A stretch of 64,000 nucleotides of DNA, taken from IMG/VR virus record IMGVR_UViG_3300036045_000007; one strand, 5' to 3'. The number at the start of each line of letters is the position of its first letter. Position 1 is the stretch's first letter. Below the pieces are notes generated by a model. It worked only from the letters and a program-made list of their open reading frames with translations. It had not been told where the DNA came from and did not search any database. Shown piece by piece: positions 53,410 through 61,465 of this stretch. The position numbers and the translations under genes were made by a program. Origin of the DNA: a virus.

Positions 53410-54492
53410 ATGGCTGATTGGAGCCGTATCGTCAACACGACCATCAAGAATTACATTCGAGAGGTCGAAATTGACGTGTTGCGGAATCGAAAAGTCCCGG
53501 CAATGTTGAAGGCAAAGGGCCGCATCACCTTCAACTGGTCAGGGGACGGCATGGATTGGAAAGTGCGCTTCAAGCGTGCTCCCATGATCGGCTACGCCGA
53601 CACCGATACTTTGACGTTCGCGCGTCTGAATCGGTGGAAGACCGCGCAGCTCGATTACCGTGGCTATGCAACCACGGACAGCATGACCAAGCAAGAGCGG
53701 CTGAAGAACAAGTCCACCGAAGCGATTGTGAAGGTCTACGATGAGATCACTCGAAATCTCGTCGAGGACATGGAAGATCAATTCGGCGACGAGTTCTACA
53801 TTGACGGCAACGCTGCTGGAAACTCGAAGCGACTGCACGGTATTGAGTCGTTCTTGGGCGATGGCGGCGTAAGCTCAGGCGGCTTCATCGCTCTGCCATC
53901 GGATGAATACGCTGGTATCAACACGGCTCTCGGCACTTACGGTGGAACGTGGACAGGTACTTCGAGCAACTGGCCTAAGGCGACGGGCGATGGCCACTTC
54001 GACTTCTGGTCGCCGTTGCTCGTTGACTACACCGACACCGCTTGGGCCGCGACAACCAAGACGTGGCCGAATACCTGCGAAGAGGCGATGCGGTTTGGCC
54101 TCATCTACTCGCGCAAAAACAAGAGCAAGCGCGGTGCGGTTGACTTCATCATCCTTGATGAAGAGCTGTACCGTCAGTTCTTGGACAAGATCAGCACGAA
54201 GGAACGTATCATCGTTGATCGAGGCGACAAGAACAGTCTCGTCTCCCTCGGCTTCACCGATGTCACGAACTTCGACGGCGCCGAAGTGACCACGGAGTAC
54301 GGTCTCCCGGCCAACATCGGCTACGGATGGAACATCGACCAGATGGAACTTCGGTCGCAACAGGGCCAGTTGTTCGTCCCTGAAGGGCCCGATTATGACA
54401 TCGCGACGAAGAGCTGGCGATTCTCAATCGACTTTTTCGGCAACATGGTCTTCCGTCCGCGTTACTTCCTGAAGTTCAAGGCGTACACCTAA
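53410..54492 (+). CDS. major capsid protein (putative HK97 fold)
   Basis: SD AAAGGAG. A 360-aa ORF after the scaffold-like gene and before a decoration-sized gene and a very stable terminator. Family assigned by position and composition only. Confidence 0.65.
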   Translation: MADWSRIVNTTIKNYIREVEIDVLRNRKVPAMLKAKGRITFNWSGDGMDWKVRFKRAPMIGYADTDTLTFARLNRWKTAQLDYRGYATTDSMTKQERLKNKSTEAIVKVYDEITRNLVEDMEDQFGDEFYIDGNAAGNSKRLHGIESFLGDGGVSSGGFIALPSDEYAGINTALGTYGGTWTGTSSNWPKATGDGHFDFWSPLLVDYTDTAWAATTKTWPNTCEEAMRFGLIYSRKNKSKRGAVDFIILDEELYRQFLDKISTKERIIVDRGDKNSLVSLGFTDVTNFDGAEVTTEYGLPANIGYGWNIDQMELRSQQGQLFVPEGPDYDIATKSWRFSIDFFGNMVFRPRYFLKFKAYT

Positions 54493-54547
54493 CCCACCAT
54501 CTGAGGCCGGTGGTTGACCTACTGATTCAAAGTAAAGGAGTTCTAGT

Positions 54548-55165
54548 ATGGCTCGTTTGGAAAACCCGCCGTTCCCTCGCGGCCAAACTGGTTTGGAAAT
54601 TCAGGCGTCAAGCACCGGCTCAACGGCTGACTTGACGCAATACGAGGGCAAGGAATGGTGGTTCGAGGACGTTGATCCAGTCAATAAGACGACGCGAACC
54701 AACCAATTCGTCAAATGCCGAGTCGTGCGAAACACTGGCACCTTCGCGCTCAGGCCGAAGCGTGTTGCTCGATTCTCACTGGCACCCAACGCGAACGGCT
54801 CCTTCGGGAGCCAGATCGACGGTTACGCAGCAGTGACCGCCGAGCGTTGCTACCCGGTGGACGAGTACCTGCCGTCAGGCGGTGTTGGTGTCAATGACCT
54901 GTGCTGGATCGTCACTGAAGGCCCGGCTCTGTGCTTGACAGACTTAGCCGCTCTTGGCTCGGTCATCGACATCGGTGACAAGGTGGTCTCTCAGACTGCC
55001 GCAACCAGCGGTGCGACAACTGCCGGTCGAGTCGTCGAGCAAGTTCTGACTGGTGCGACATCGCCGCTCGCGGTGCAGATCATGCACTACATCGGCCATG
55101 CGATGACGGCACGCACTACCAACAACACCGACGCAGACATCCTCGTCAACGTCGGTCACTGGTAA
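54548..55165 (+). CDS. head decoration / capsid accessory protein (putative)
   Basis: SD AAAGGAG. A 205-aa beta-rich ORF directly after the capsid gene. Confidence 0.4.
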   Translation: MARLENPPFPRGQTGLEIQASSTGSTADLTQYEGKEWWFEDVDPVNKTTRTNQFVKCRVVRNTGTFALRPKRVARFSLAPNANGSFGSQIDGYAAVTAERCYPVDEYLPSGGVGVNDLCWIVTEGPALCLTDLAALGSVIDIGDKVVSQTAATSGATTAGRVVEQVLTGATSPLAVQIMHYIGHAMTARTTNNTDADILVNVGHW

Positions 55166-55202
55166 CGACGCGAAGCACGGCTCTCGTGCAACCCAAGGGA
55201 AC

Positions 55203-55230
55203 GATGGCCGGTGAGCAATCACCGGCCATC
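55203..55230 (+). terminator. 12-bp perfect hairpin GATGGCCGGTGA-GCAA-TCACCGGCCATC
   Basis: Read directly. Lies 38 nt after the stop at 55165 and is followed by ACTTTGG (weak U tract). Confidence 0.55.
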
Positions 55231-55300
55231 ACTTTGGTCGCACGTGGCCGCTTCCATACTTTAACGCTTTACCAACCTAATTCCCTTGGGAGAAGTAAGC

Positions 55301-56224
55301 ATGAAGCTGAACGTCATGATCGCACGCTACCCCGCGCTGATTCCGGGCGGCGGCGAGCACCCGGCCACAACTGACTGGCTGGTGCAGACAGTAGCCCGCA
55401 TGAAGCAGGACGAGCGCATCGGTCGCATCGCGCACATCAAGCTGAACGACACGCCGATCACGATGAGCCGTAATCGGACGATGCACGCGCTCAAGGAGAC
55501 GGGCTCCGACCTGTGCTTGATGGTTGATTCGGACATGCACCCTGACAAGTACCTGGGTGTCGATCCGAAGGCCGCTCCGTTTTGGGACACCGCCCTCAAC
55601 TTCTACTGGAAAGAAGCGGGCGGTCCGTGCATGATCGCGGCGCCTTACTGCGGACCGCCGCCGCACGAGAACATCTACATCTTCCGCTGGCGGAATCGCC
55701 AGAGCGATCACTCGAACGTCGATTTCTCCCTGGAACAATTCACGCGGGAAGAAGCAGCGGAGCGCGAGGGCATCGAAGAAGTTGCCGCGCTGCCGACCGG
55801 CCTTGCGATCCTCGACACGCGCGCGCTCGAAGCGTTGAAGGAGCCTTACTTTTACTACGAGTGGAAGGGCGCCGGTCCGCCATGCCCGCATTGCGGCAAC
55901 CCGAGTCCTTCAGGTCCGCAGATGGAGAAGGCATCGACTGAGGATGTCGCGTTCACACGCGATCTCTCGTTGGCCGGAATCCCGGTTTTCTGCGTATGGA
56001 ATTCATGGGCTGGTCACTACAAGGTAAAATGCGTTGGCAAACCAGTGATCGTGACACCGAAGATGATCTCCGACAAGTTCCGGCACGCCCTTGCTCGCGA
56101 AGAGATGCGGAAGCAGGAAAAGCACAAACGACGGCCTGCTGTTGAAGGAATCCAAAATGGAAACTCCGACAACCAACTTATCACCACAGGAGACGACTCG
56201 CCAGCAGTGCTTGCAAATGCGTGA
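55301..56224 (+). CDS. GT-A-fold glycosyltransferase-like protein
   Basis: SD GGGAGAAG. N-terminal beta-strand NVMIARYP and acidic DxD-type motif LCLMVDSDMHPD in the position expected for family-2-like transferases. By-eye call. Confidence 0.4.
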   Translation: MKLNVMIARYPALIPGGGEHPATTDWLVQTVARMKQDERIGRIAHIKLNDTPITMSRNRTMHALKETGSDLCLMVDSDMHPDKYLGVDPKAAPFWDTALNFYWKEAGGPCMIAAPYCGPPPHENIYIFRWRNRQSDHSNVDFSLEQFTREEAAEREGIEEVAALPTGLAILDTRALEALKEPYFYYEWKGAGPPCPHCGNPSPSGPQMEKASTEDVAFTRDLSLAGIPVFCVWNSWAGHYKVKCVGKPVIVTPKMISDKFRHALAREEMRKQEKHKRRPAVEGIQNGNSDNQLITTGDDSPAVLANA

Positions 56225-56414
56225 TGACAAAAGTTACACGCGACAAATGACGGTCGTGCTCGTGCTGGCGTGTTATCTCATTGTGGTTCCGTTGATCGTG
56301 TTGGTCGCCCTTTTGTTTGGGAATGAATGGCTCGGGGCGAGGATGGCCCTTGAGACCGCATCGTGTTTTTTCGTGACTGGAGTATGCCTGCTGATCTTGA
56401 GCAGGCGACAATAG
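56157..56414 (+). CDS. two-TM small membrane protein (85 aa), holin candidate
   Basis: TM1 MTVVLVLACYLIVVPLIVLVALLF, TM2 ASCFFVTGVCLLIL, basic end. Overlaps the 3' end of the upstream gene. Confidence 0.35.
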   Translation: METPTTNLSPQETTRQQCLQMRDDKSYTRQMTVVLVLACYLIVVPLIVLVALLFGNEWLGARMALETASCFFVTGVCLLILSRRQ

Positions 56415-56427
56415 GGAGGATGCAGCC

Positions 56428-56679
56428 TTGGACACTCCGATTCTTGTTACCGTCGTCGGTATGGTTCTCGCCGCACTCGGAGCCGCAGTCACGGCGGTAA
56501 CGAGCTACATGACCAATCGCGACAAACTACGATTCGATGCCGAGCGCATCAAAGACCGCGCCGACATTGCGTACCTGAAGCAACGAGAAAAAGAATGCCT
56601 GGAAGAAACAGCGGAGATGCGAAAACGCATCGAACATCTCGAAGAGCAGTTGCGCATCATTAACCGGGAGCGAAAATGA
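56428..56679 (+). CDS. N-terminal TM plus coiled-coil protein (83 aa; TTG start)
   Basis: SD GGGAGGA upstream. TM ILVTVVGMVLAALGAAVTAVTSY followed by a charged helix. Confidence 0.4.
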   Translation: MDTPILVTVVGMVLAALGAAVTAVTSYMTNRDKLRFDAERIKDRADIAYLKQREKECLEETAEMRKRIEHLEEQLRIINRERK

Positions 56680-57443
56680 GCTGGCTTCGCGAGTGCGTTT
56701 GCGCCCTAATCGTCGCCCTCCCATTCTTCACAGTCCAGGGCCCACCTAAGCAGCCAGAAGTTGTTGTTACTCGGGGCGCGGGCGGCGACTCTCTGATACA
56801 GCTTCCGAGCAAGGTGATCGGTGTCGCTGGCGCACCAATCGAAATTAAAGCGGAGACCACGTGTGAGTATGTCGAATGGTTCCCGCTCGATCCTGGCCTG
56901 CACTGTGTTCGACCAGAGCTGTTCAAGGATTCTAGGCTTGCCGTTGTCTTCGCTCCGGTGAAGGGAGAATATCGGCTCGCCGCGTGGACCGCGTTGAACA
57001 ACAAGCCGTCGAAGTTGGCGGTCGTCATCGTCGCGGTTGCTCCACCAGGCCCAGGCCCTGGTCCCGATCCTGGTCCGGGCCCCGGACCAGGGCCGACTCC
57101 GATCCCGGTTCCAGTTGATGGACTTCGCGTGATTTTCGTCTACGAGTCGGCATCGAAGCTCAGCCGCGAACAGCTCAACATCCTCAACTCCACCAAGATC
57201 GCCGAGTACCTGAATTCCAAGACGGTCAAGGACCAGGATGGTCAACCTGGTTGGCGGACTTGGGACAAAGATGTGGACGTGCAGTTCGCCCCGCAGCTCT
57301 GGAAAGATTTGTGGGCCTCGACCAAGCCTCAGTTGAGCAACCTGCCAGCTCTGTTGATCGTGTCCGGCAAAAAGGGCGAAGTCTTTCCCTTACCGGCAAC
57401 GGAAAGCGAAACCATCGCTCTACTCCAAAAGTACGGGAAGTGA
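56676..57443 (+). CDS. exported protein with (Pro-Gly)n linker (255 aa)
   Basis: ATGA overlap with the upstream gene. Signal-like N-terminus. Linker PPGPGPGPDPGPGPGPGPTPIPVPV. Confidence 0.5.
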   Translation: MSWLRECVCALIVALPFFTVQGPPKQPEVVVTRGAGGDSLIQLPSKVIGVAGAPIEIKAETTCEYVEWFPLDPGLHCVRPELFKDSRLAVVFAPVKGEYRLAAWTALNNKPSKLAVVIVAVAPPGPGPGPDPGPGPGPGPTPIPVPVDGLRVIFVYESASKLSREQLNILNSTKIAEYLNSKTVKDQDGQPGWRTWDKDVDVQFAPQLWKDLWASTKPQLSNLPALLIVSGKKGEVFPLPATESETIALLQKYGK

Positions 57444-57446
57444 TCT

Positions 57447-58238
57447 ATGGGTTTTACCAGCAAGCTGTACCCAAACGAACCGATTTGGGATGAATCAACT
57501 CCTGACCGCGTGACTCATGCCTCGGAATTCGGTCGTGGCCTGCGTCTCGATCTGCGAAGCACGCCGTTTGGCGACATCCCCTGTGCTCCTGCGTTCCCGC
57601 AAGAACTTCTGATCCCTGAGTCCGACGTCGAAGGATGGATCAAGGAGAAGGAAGAGCGGCAAAATCGGATCAGCGATCATTGCAACAAGTTCGGCCTGCC
57701 TCACAAGGACCAGGCGCAGACGAACTACTGCTGGATCAACGCGCCGGTTCACTGCGTTGAGATCATCCGCCTGTTGCAACATCAGCAGATGGTTATTCTC
57801 TCGCCCGCGAGCTGCGGTGCGAAGATCAAGGGGTTCCGCAATCAAGGCGGGTGGGGACAAGAGGGTCTCGAATACATTGTCGAAAACGGCGTCGTGCCGG
57901 TGAGCATGTGGCCAGCCAACGCCATTGATCGGCAGTACGACAAGCCAGAGTTTTGGGCCGAAGCGAAAAAGTACCGAGTCACGGAATGGATGGAGTGTCG
58001 GCCACGAAGTTGGATCGAACTCGTCTCTTGTTTGCTCCGCAACATTCCGGTCGCCGTGGGCTACAATTGGTGGAGCCACGAAGTAACGGCGTGCGACGTT
58101 GTTTGGATCGACGGCACGTCGGAGCTGCGAATCAGGAACTCGTGGAAGGGTTGGGGCGAGAACGGCTTCGGCATCCTTCGCGGAAGCAAGAAGCTGGCCG
58201 ACGATCAAGTTGCGCCGCGCGTCGCGATGGCGGCGTAA
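57447..58238 (+). CDS. papain-family (C1-like) cysteine peptidase
   Basis: Catalytic-type motifs in papain order: QTNYCWINAP (Gln...Cys-Trp), NWWSHEVTA (His), IRNSWKGWGENGFG (Asn-Ser-Trp...Trp-Gly). Confidence 0.65.
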   Translation: MGFTSKLYPNEPIWDESTPDRVTHASEFGRGLRLDLRSTPFGDIPCAPAFPQELLIPESDVEGWIKEKEERQNRISDHCNKFGLPHKDQAQTNYCWINAPVHCVEIIRLLQHQQMVILSPASCGAKIKGFRNQGGWGQEGLEYIVENGVVPVSMWPANAIDRQYDKPEFWAEAKKYRVTEWMECRPRSWIELVSCLLRNIPVAVGYNWWSHEVTACDVVWIDGTSELRIRNSWKGWGENGFGILRGSKKLADDQVAPRVAMAA

Positions 58239-58313
58239 GAGGCTTGCCGCTCGGCGGGTCATCTTCTATACAGCCATAGCGTCAATTTGGCGACATTTAC
58301 GAAAGGAGTGCCA

Positions 58314-58664
58314 ATGGCGGACTTTCATCCGTTGCCGGAAACATTTCCGGTAGTGCAGATCATCGCAGCGGTTCGGGACATCAAGAAGAAGAAACAGACC
58401 GGGGCACGTGCTGTTTGGCATGGCGCCGGGTACGGCATCAACAAGCTCGTGAAGGACGACGAGCCAATCCTGGGCTTGACCGCACAGGAAGAGAAAGACC
58501 TTGACCTGCTCTGCGACCGCGCACTGGCTGTGTTGGAATCGACTGGCCGATCTGTCGGTGCGGAAACTGAGGGCGGGGTCGCAGCCGGGGCGATCACCAT
58601 TGAAACGGTGATGTCCGTCCTCATCCCGATCTTGCTCAAGATTTGGCCGATTCTCAATAAGTAA
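58314..58664 (+). CDS. hypothetical protein (116 aa) with C-terminal hydrophobic helix
   Basis: SD AAAGGAG precedes ATG 58314. Ends VMSVLIPILLKIWPILNK. Confidence 0.5.
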   Translation: MADFHPLPETFPVVQIIAAVRDIKKKKQTGARAVWHGAGYGINKLVKDDEPILGLTAQEEKDLDLLCDRALAVLESTGRSVGAETEGGVAAGAITIETVMSVLIPILLKIWPILNK

Positions 58665-58728
58665 AATCAGGCTCGGCACGTTGCCAGCCTGTCGGAGTGT
58701 TCAGGAAAGACTCATTAAGGAGTTTCAG

Positions 58729-59184
58729 ATGGTAGCTCGACTCATTGTAGTTCTCGCCGCTGCATTAGCGGTGCCAGCGTTTGCGTTCGCCGACGACCAG
58801 AAATTCGACATCACCAAGCCGAAGGCAGACGCGAAAGCAGCATGTGTGTGCGGCCCCAATTGTCCCTGTGCTCCATGTGATTGTCCAACAGGCACGACGA
58901 TGACGCTCGTGTGGGACGGTCAATCATGGAAGAAGACTGGCGGCGTCGCGTCAGGTCCGGTGAATTGCGCGGCTCAGCAAACGTACTACTACAGCCATTC
59001 CTACGGGCACGGTTGCAACGGCGGTCATGCCTCGTATGGCTGTAACGGCGGCGGTCATGGAAGCTATGGTAATGGTTACGGCTGCGCTGGCGGTCACGGC
59101 GGCGGTTTATTCGGTCGCCGTGGTCATGGCGGCGGCATCTTCGGAGGCGGTTGTGGGCTCTTGGGTCGTCGCGGCGGCTGTTAG
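58729..59184 (+). CDS. secreted Cys-, Gly- and His-rich protein (151 aa)
   Basis: SD TAAGGAG. Signal peptide MVARLIVVLAAALAVPAFAFA. Metallothionein-like CVCGPNCPCAPCDCP. C-terminal GHGCNGGHASYGCNGGGHGSYGNGYGCAGGHGGG... Confidence 0.55.
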   Translation: MVARLIVVLAAALAVPAFAFADDQKFDITKPKADAKAACVCGPNCPCAPCDCPTGTTMTLVWDGQSWKKTGGVASGPVNCAAQQTYYYSHSYGHGCNGGHASYGCNGGGHGSYGNGYGCAGGHGGGLFGRRGHGGGIFGGGCGLLGRRGGC

Positions 59185-59210
59185 ATTCAGGCCCAACCTG
59201 TTGTTGAAAT

Positions 59211-59244
59211 GCAGGCCAGCTTTCCGAAAGGCGAGCTGGCCTGC
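59211..59244 (+). terminator. 11-bp perfect hairpin GCAGGCCAGCT...AGCTGGCCTGC
   Basis: Arms at 59211-59221 and 59234-59244 with a 12-nt loop. Lies 27 nt after the stop at 59184, with a weak U tract. Confidence 0.45.
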
Positions 59245-59249
59245 TGTGC

Positions 59250-59278
59250 TTGACGGGACTGTCGCCGATTGGTAAACA
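59250..59278 (+). promoter_or_regulatory. sigma70-like promoter with inverted GGCGACA element in the spacer
   Basis: TTGACG-GGACTGTCGCCGATTGG-TAAACA (17-nt spacer), 23 nt upstream of the exonuclease ATG. Confidence 0.45.
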
Positions 59279-59300
59279 AAGCGTAACCAATGGGGGTTGC

Positions 59301-60260
59301 ATGGCGGGCGAAGATCGCAGCACGTTCATAGGCGGTTCCGACATCGCCGATCTCATTGGCCAGCCGCCGTGGGGATGCAAGCGGAAAATCTATTACGAAA
59401 AGCGTGGCATCCCCGCCGACTTTCCATTCACCGGCAATCGCCACACCAGGCGCGGCCAGAAGCTCGAAGCAATCGCCGTCGCCGAGTACACCGAAGTCAC
59501 AAGCCGCAAGACGCAGAAGATGGGCTTTCGGGCAAATGCGACGAAGCCTTGGCGTGCCGTCCATGTTGATCGTGTGATTTGGGATGTCGCGAACGGACCG
59601 TTCGCGGCGCATGGTCGCGGCGTGCTCGAAGTGAAATGCCCAGGTCGCGAGCAATTCTACCGCATTCGGATGGCTGGCCTGCCGCTCACCTACGAGATGC
59701 AGCTCCAGTGGGGCATGGCCAACGTCGGTTTGAAGTGGGGGTCGATCAACATATTCCACGCCGACTCGTGGACTATGATCGTCGAGGACAAGGAGCGGGA
59801 CGACGAATTCTGCGATCTGCTCTTGGCCGAGGCCGACGAGTTGTGGGAAAAGGTGAGTAAGGACAAAGCAGACGACTCGCTCGCGTCGATCCCTGAGAAG
59901 CTCAACCCTCACGATCCGCGTTGCAAAACGTGTCCGTGGCGAACCGTTTGTCAGAAGATCGGCGCCACGCCAGAAGAGCTGCACGAGCAAGAGAAGGTCG
60001 AGGGCGATGCCATCGAAAGGGACGAAACGCTTGCTGAGTCCGTTCAGGAATACCACGACCTCGGAGAGATTGCCAGCGAAGCCAAAAAGCTCTACGAAGA
60101 GGCAAGGAACCAACTCTTTGCTAAACTGAATGGGCGAAAATGTGTGGACACTGGCACCGGCAAACCACTCGTCTACGTGCGGACGGTGAAGATGCCAGCT
60201 CGCACGCAGAATGCGTTTCAATACGACAGAATCTACATCCGTTTCCCCAAGGAGGAATGA
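59301..60260 (+). CDS. YqaJ/lambda-Exo-family recombination exonuclease
   Basis: STFIGGSDIADLIG, HVDRVIWD, GVLEVKCPG and YEMQLQWGMANVG are the PD-(D/E)xK motifs of YqaJ-like viral recombinases. Extra C-terminal ~120 aa with CKTCPW. Confidence 0.8.
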   Translation: MAGEDRSTFIGGSDIADLIGQPPWGCKRKIYYEKRGIPADFPFTGNRHTRRGQKLEAIAVAEYTEVTSRKTQKMGFRANATKPWRAVHVDRVIWDVANGPFAAHGRGVLEVKCPGREQFYRIRMAGLPLTYEMQLQWGMANVGLKWGSINIFHADSWTMIVEDKERDDEFCDLLLAEADELWEKVSKDKADDSLASIPEKLNPHDPRCKTCPWRTVCQKIGATPEELHEQEKVEGDAIERDETLAESVQEYHDLGEIASEAKKLYEEARNQLFAKLNGRKCVDTGTGKPLVYVRTVKMPARTQNAFQYDRIYIRFPKEE

Positions 60261-60262
60261 CG

Positions 60263-60670
60263 ATGGCGAAGCAGGAACTATCACTGTCGAACCTCAAGAA
60301 CCTGGACTTCGGACGGATCGACGAAGCGTTCAAACAAGAGCTGAAGCGCGTTGTCGATGATTGCATGGACCGTCCGGGTCTCCAGAAAACCAGGGACATC
60401 ACGATCAAATTCATATTCGCTCCCGTCGTGAACGCGGCGTCTATCGGTGGGCAGCAGATCGACTGCGATGCCATTAAATGCGGCGTTGAAGTTCAGAGCG
60501 GCATTCCAAAGCGCCGCACGCGCGTTTACGAAATGGCTCCGATCCAAGGCGGGAAGTTGGCGTTCAATCCAGACTCACCAGAAGACGCCAACGCGAAGAC
60601 ACTGTACGACGCCGATGAACGGCGTCAGGATGAAACCGAGGCGCCCAAAAGCGAAGGAGAGAACCAGTGA
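60263..60670 (+). CDS. hypothetical protein (135 aa)
   Basis: SD GGAGGA lies 6 nt before ATG 60263. Confidence 0.5.
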   Translation: MAKQELSLSNLKNLDFGRIDEAFKQELKRVVDDCMDRPGLQKTRDITIKFIFAPVVNAASIGGQQIDCDAIKCGVEVQSGIPKRRTRVYEMAPIQGGKLAFNPDSPEDANAKTLYDADERRQDETEAPKSEGENQ

Positions 60671-61437
60671 GCGAACTTGGCGCGGAAGCCATTTTGGAGA
60701 TCGAACGTCTGTCGAGGGCGGCGATTGAGCCGAACCTATTTGAGACCAACGACGGGAAGCACATTCGCTGGCTGAGGAAGCAGGACGGCTCAGTCGAACG
60801 GATGCCGGACCGGGTGCCCGAACCGTGGGACGTGACCTTACTGACGCTGGACCAATTCATCGGATTCGTGCAGGCGAATCTGCAAACTATCAACAACATT
60901 TTTGTTGGGCCCGATGAAATCGTTTGGTACAAGGACACCGAGCTGAGGCTTGAGAAGGCGGCGATGCCTCTCAAGCTCGATCCGCGCTACGAGAAGATGA
61001 CGCAGTGGACCAATGGAGCTTCAGGGTTGAAGGACCAGAAAGACTTCCTGCGGATGCTTCTCATTGATCTCTACGGCTGTGGTGTGTCGAAGGATTTTAT
61101 CGCCACGGTGAGGACGCTGAAGTTCCAAAACAGCAGTGAAGTCGGCGGCAACATCCAGGCTGGCTCAGAGCAGATGGGCAAAACCATCAACGCAGCGGTC
61201 GCCGGTGCTGACAAGCTGCCAGAGACGACTCAGCTCAAGATGAAAGTCTACGAGGATTTCGAGGACACGGAGACCATCATCTGCGCCGTCGAGCCACAGC
61301 TCGATAAGGCGAAACTCCAACTGATCGCTTTGCCAGGCGAGTTGGTGAAGGCACGCAACACGATCCTCAGCAACATGGCCGATCAGATCAAACAGGAAAT
61401 TCCGTCCGCCCGCGTTTACCTCGGCATGATCGCCTGA
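60667..61437 (+). CDS. hypothetical protein (256 aa), possibly DUF2303-like
   Basis: GTGA overlap with the upstream gene. Its size and position beside the recombination genes resemble YfdQ/DUF2303 proteins. Weak call. Confidence 0.4.
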   Translation: MSELGAEAILEIERLSRAAIEPNLFETNDGKHIRWLRKQDGSVERMPDRVPEPWDVTLLTLDQFIGFVQANLQTINNIFVGPDEIVWYKDTELRLEKAAMPLKLDPRYEKMTQWTNGASGLKDQKDFLRMLLIDLYGCGVSKDFIATVRTLKFQNSSEVGGNIQAGSEQMGKTINAAVAGADKLPETTQLKMKVYEDFEDTETIICAVEPQLDKAKLQLIALPGELVKARNTILSNMADQIKQEIPSARVYLGMIA

Positions 61438-61465
61438 TCCATCTTTCCCTTGGGAGTTTTTTCAA

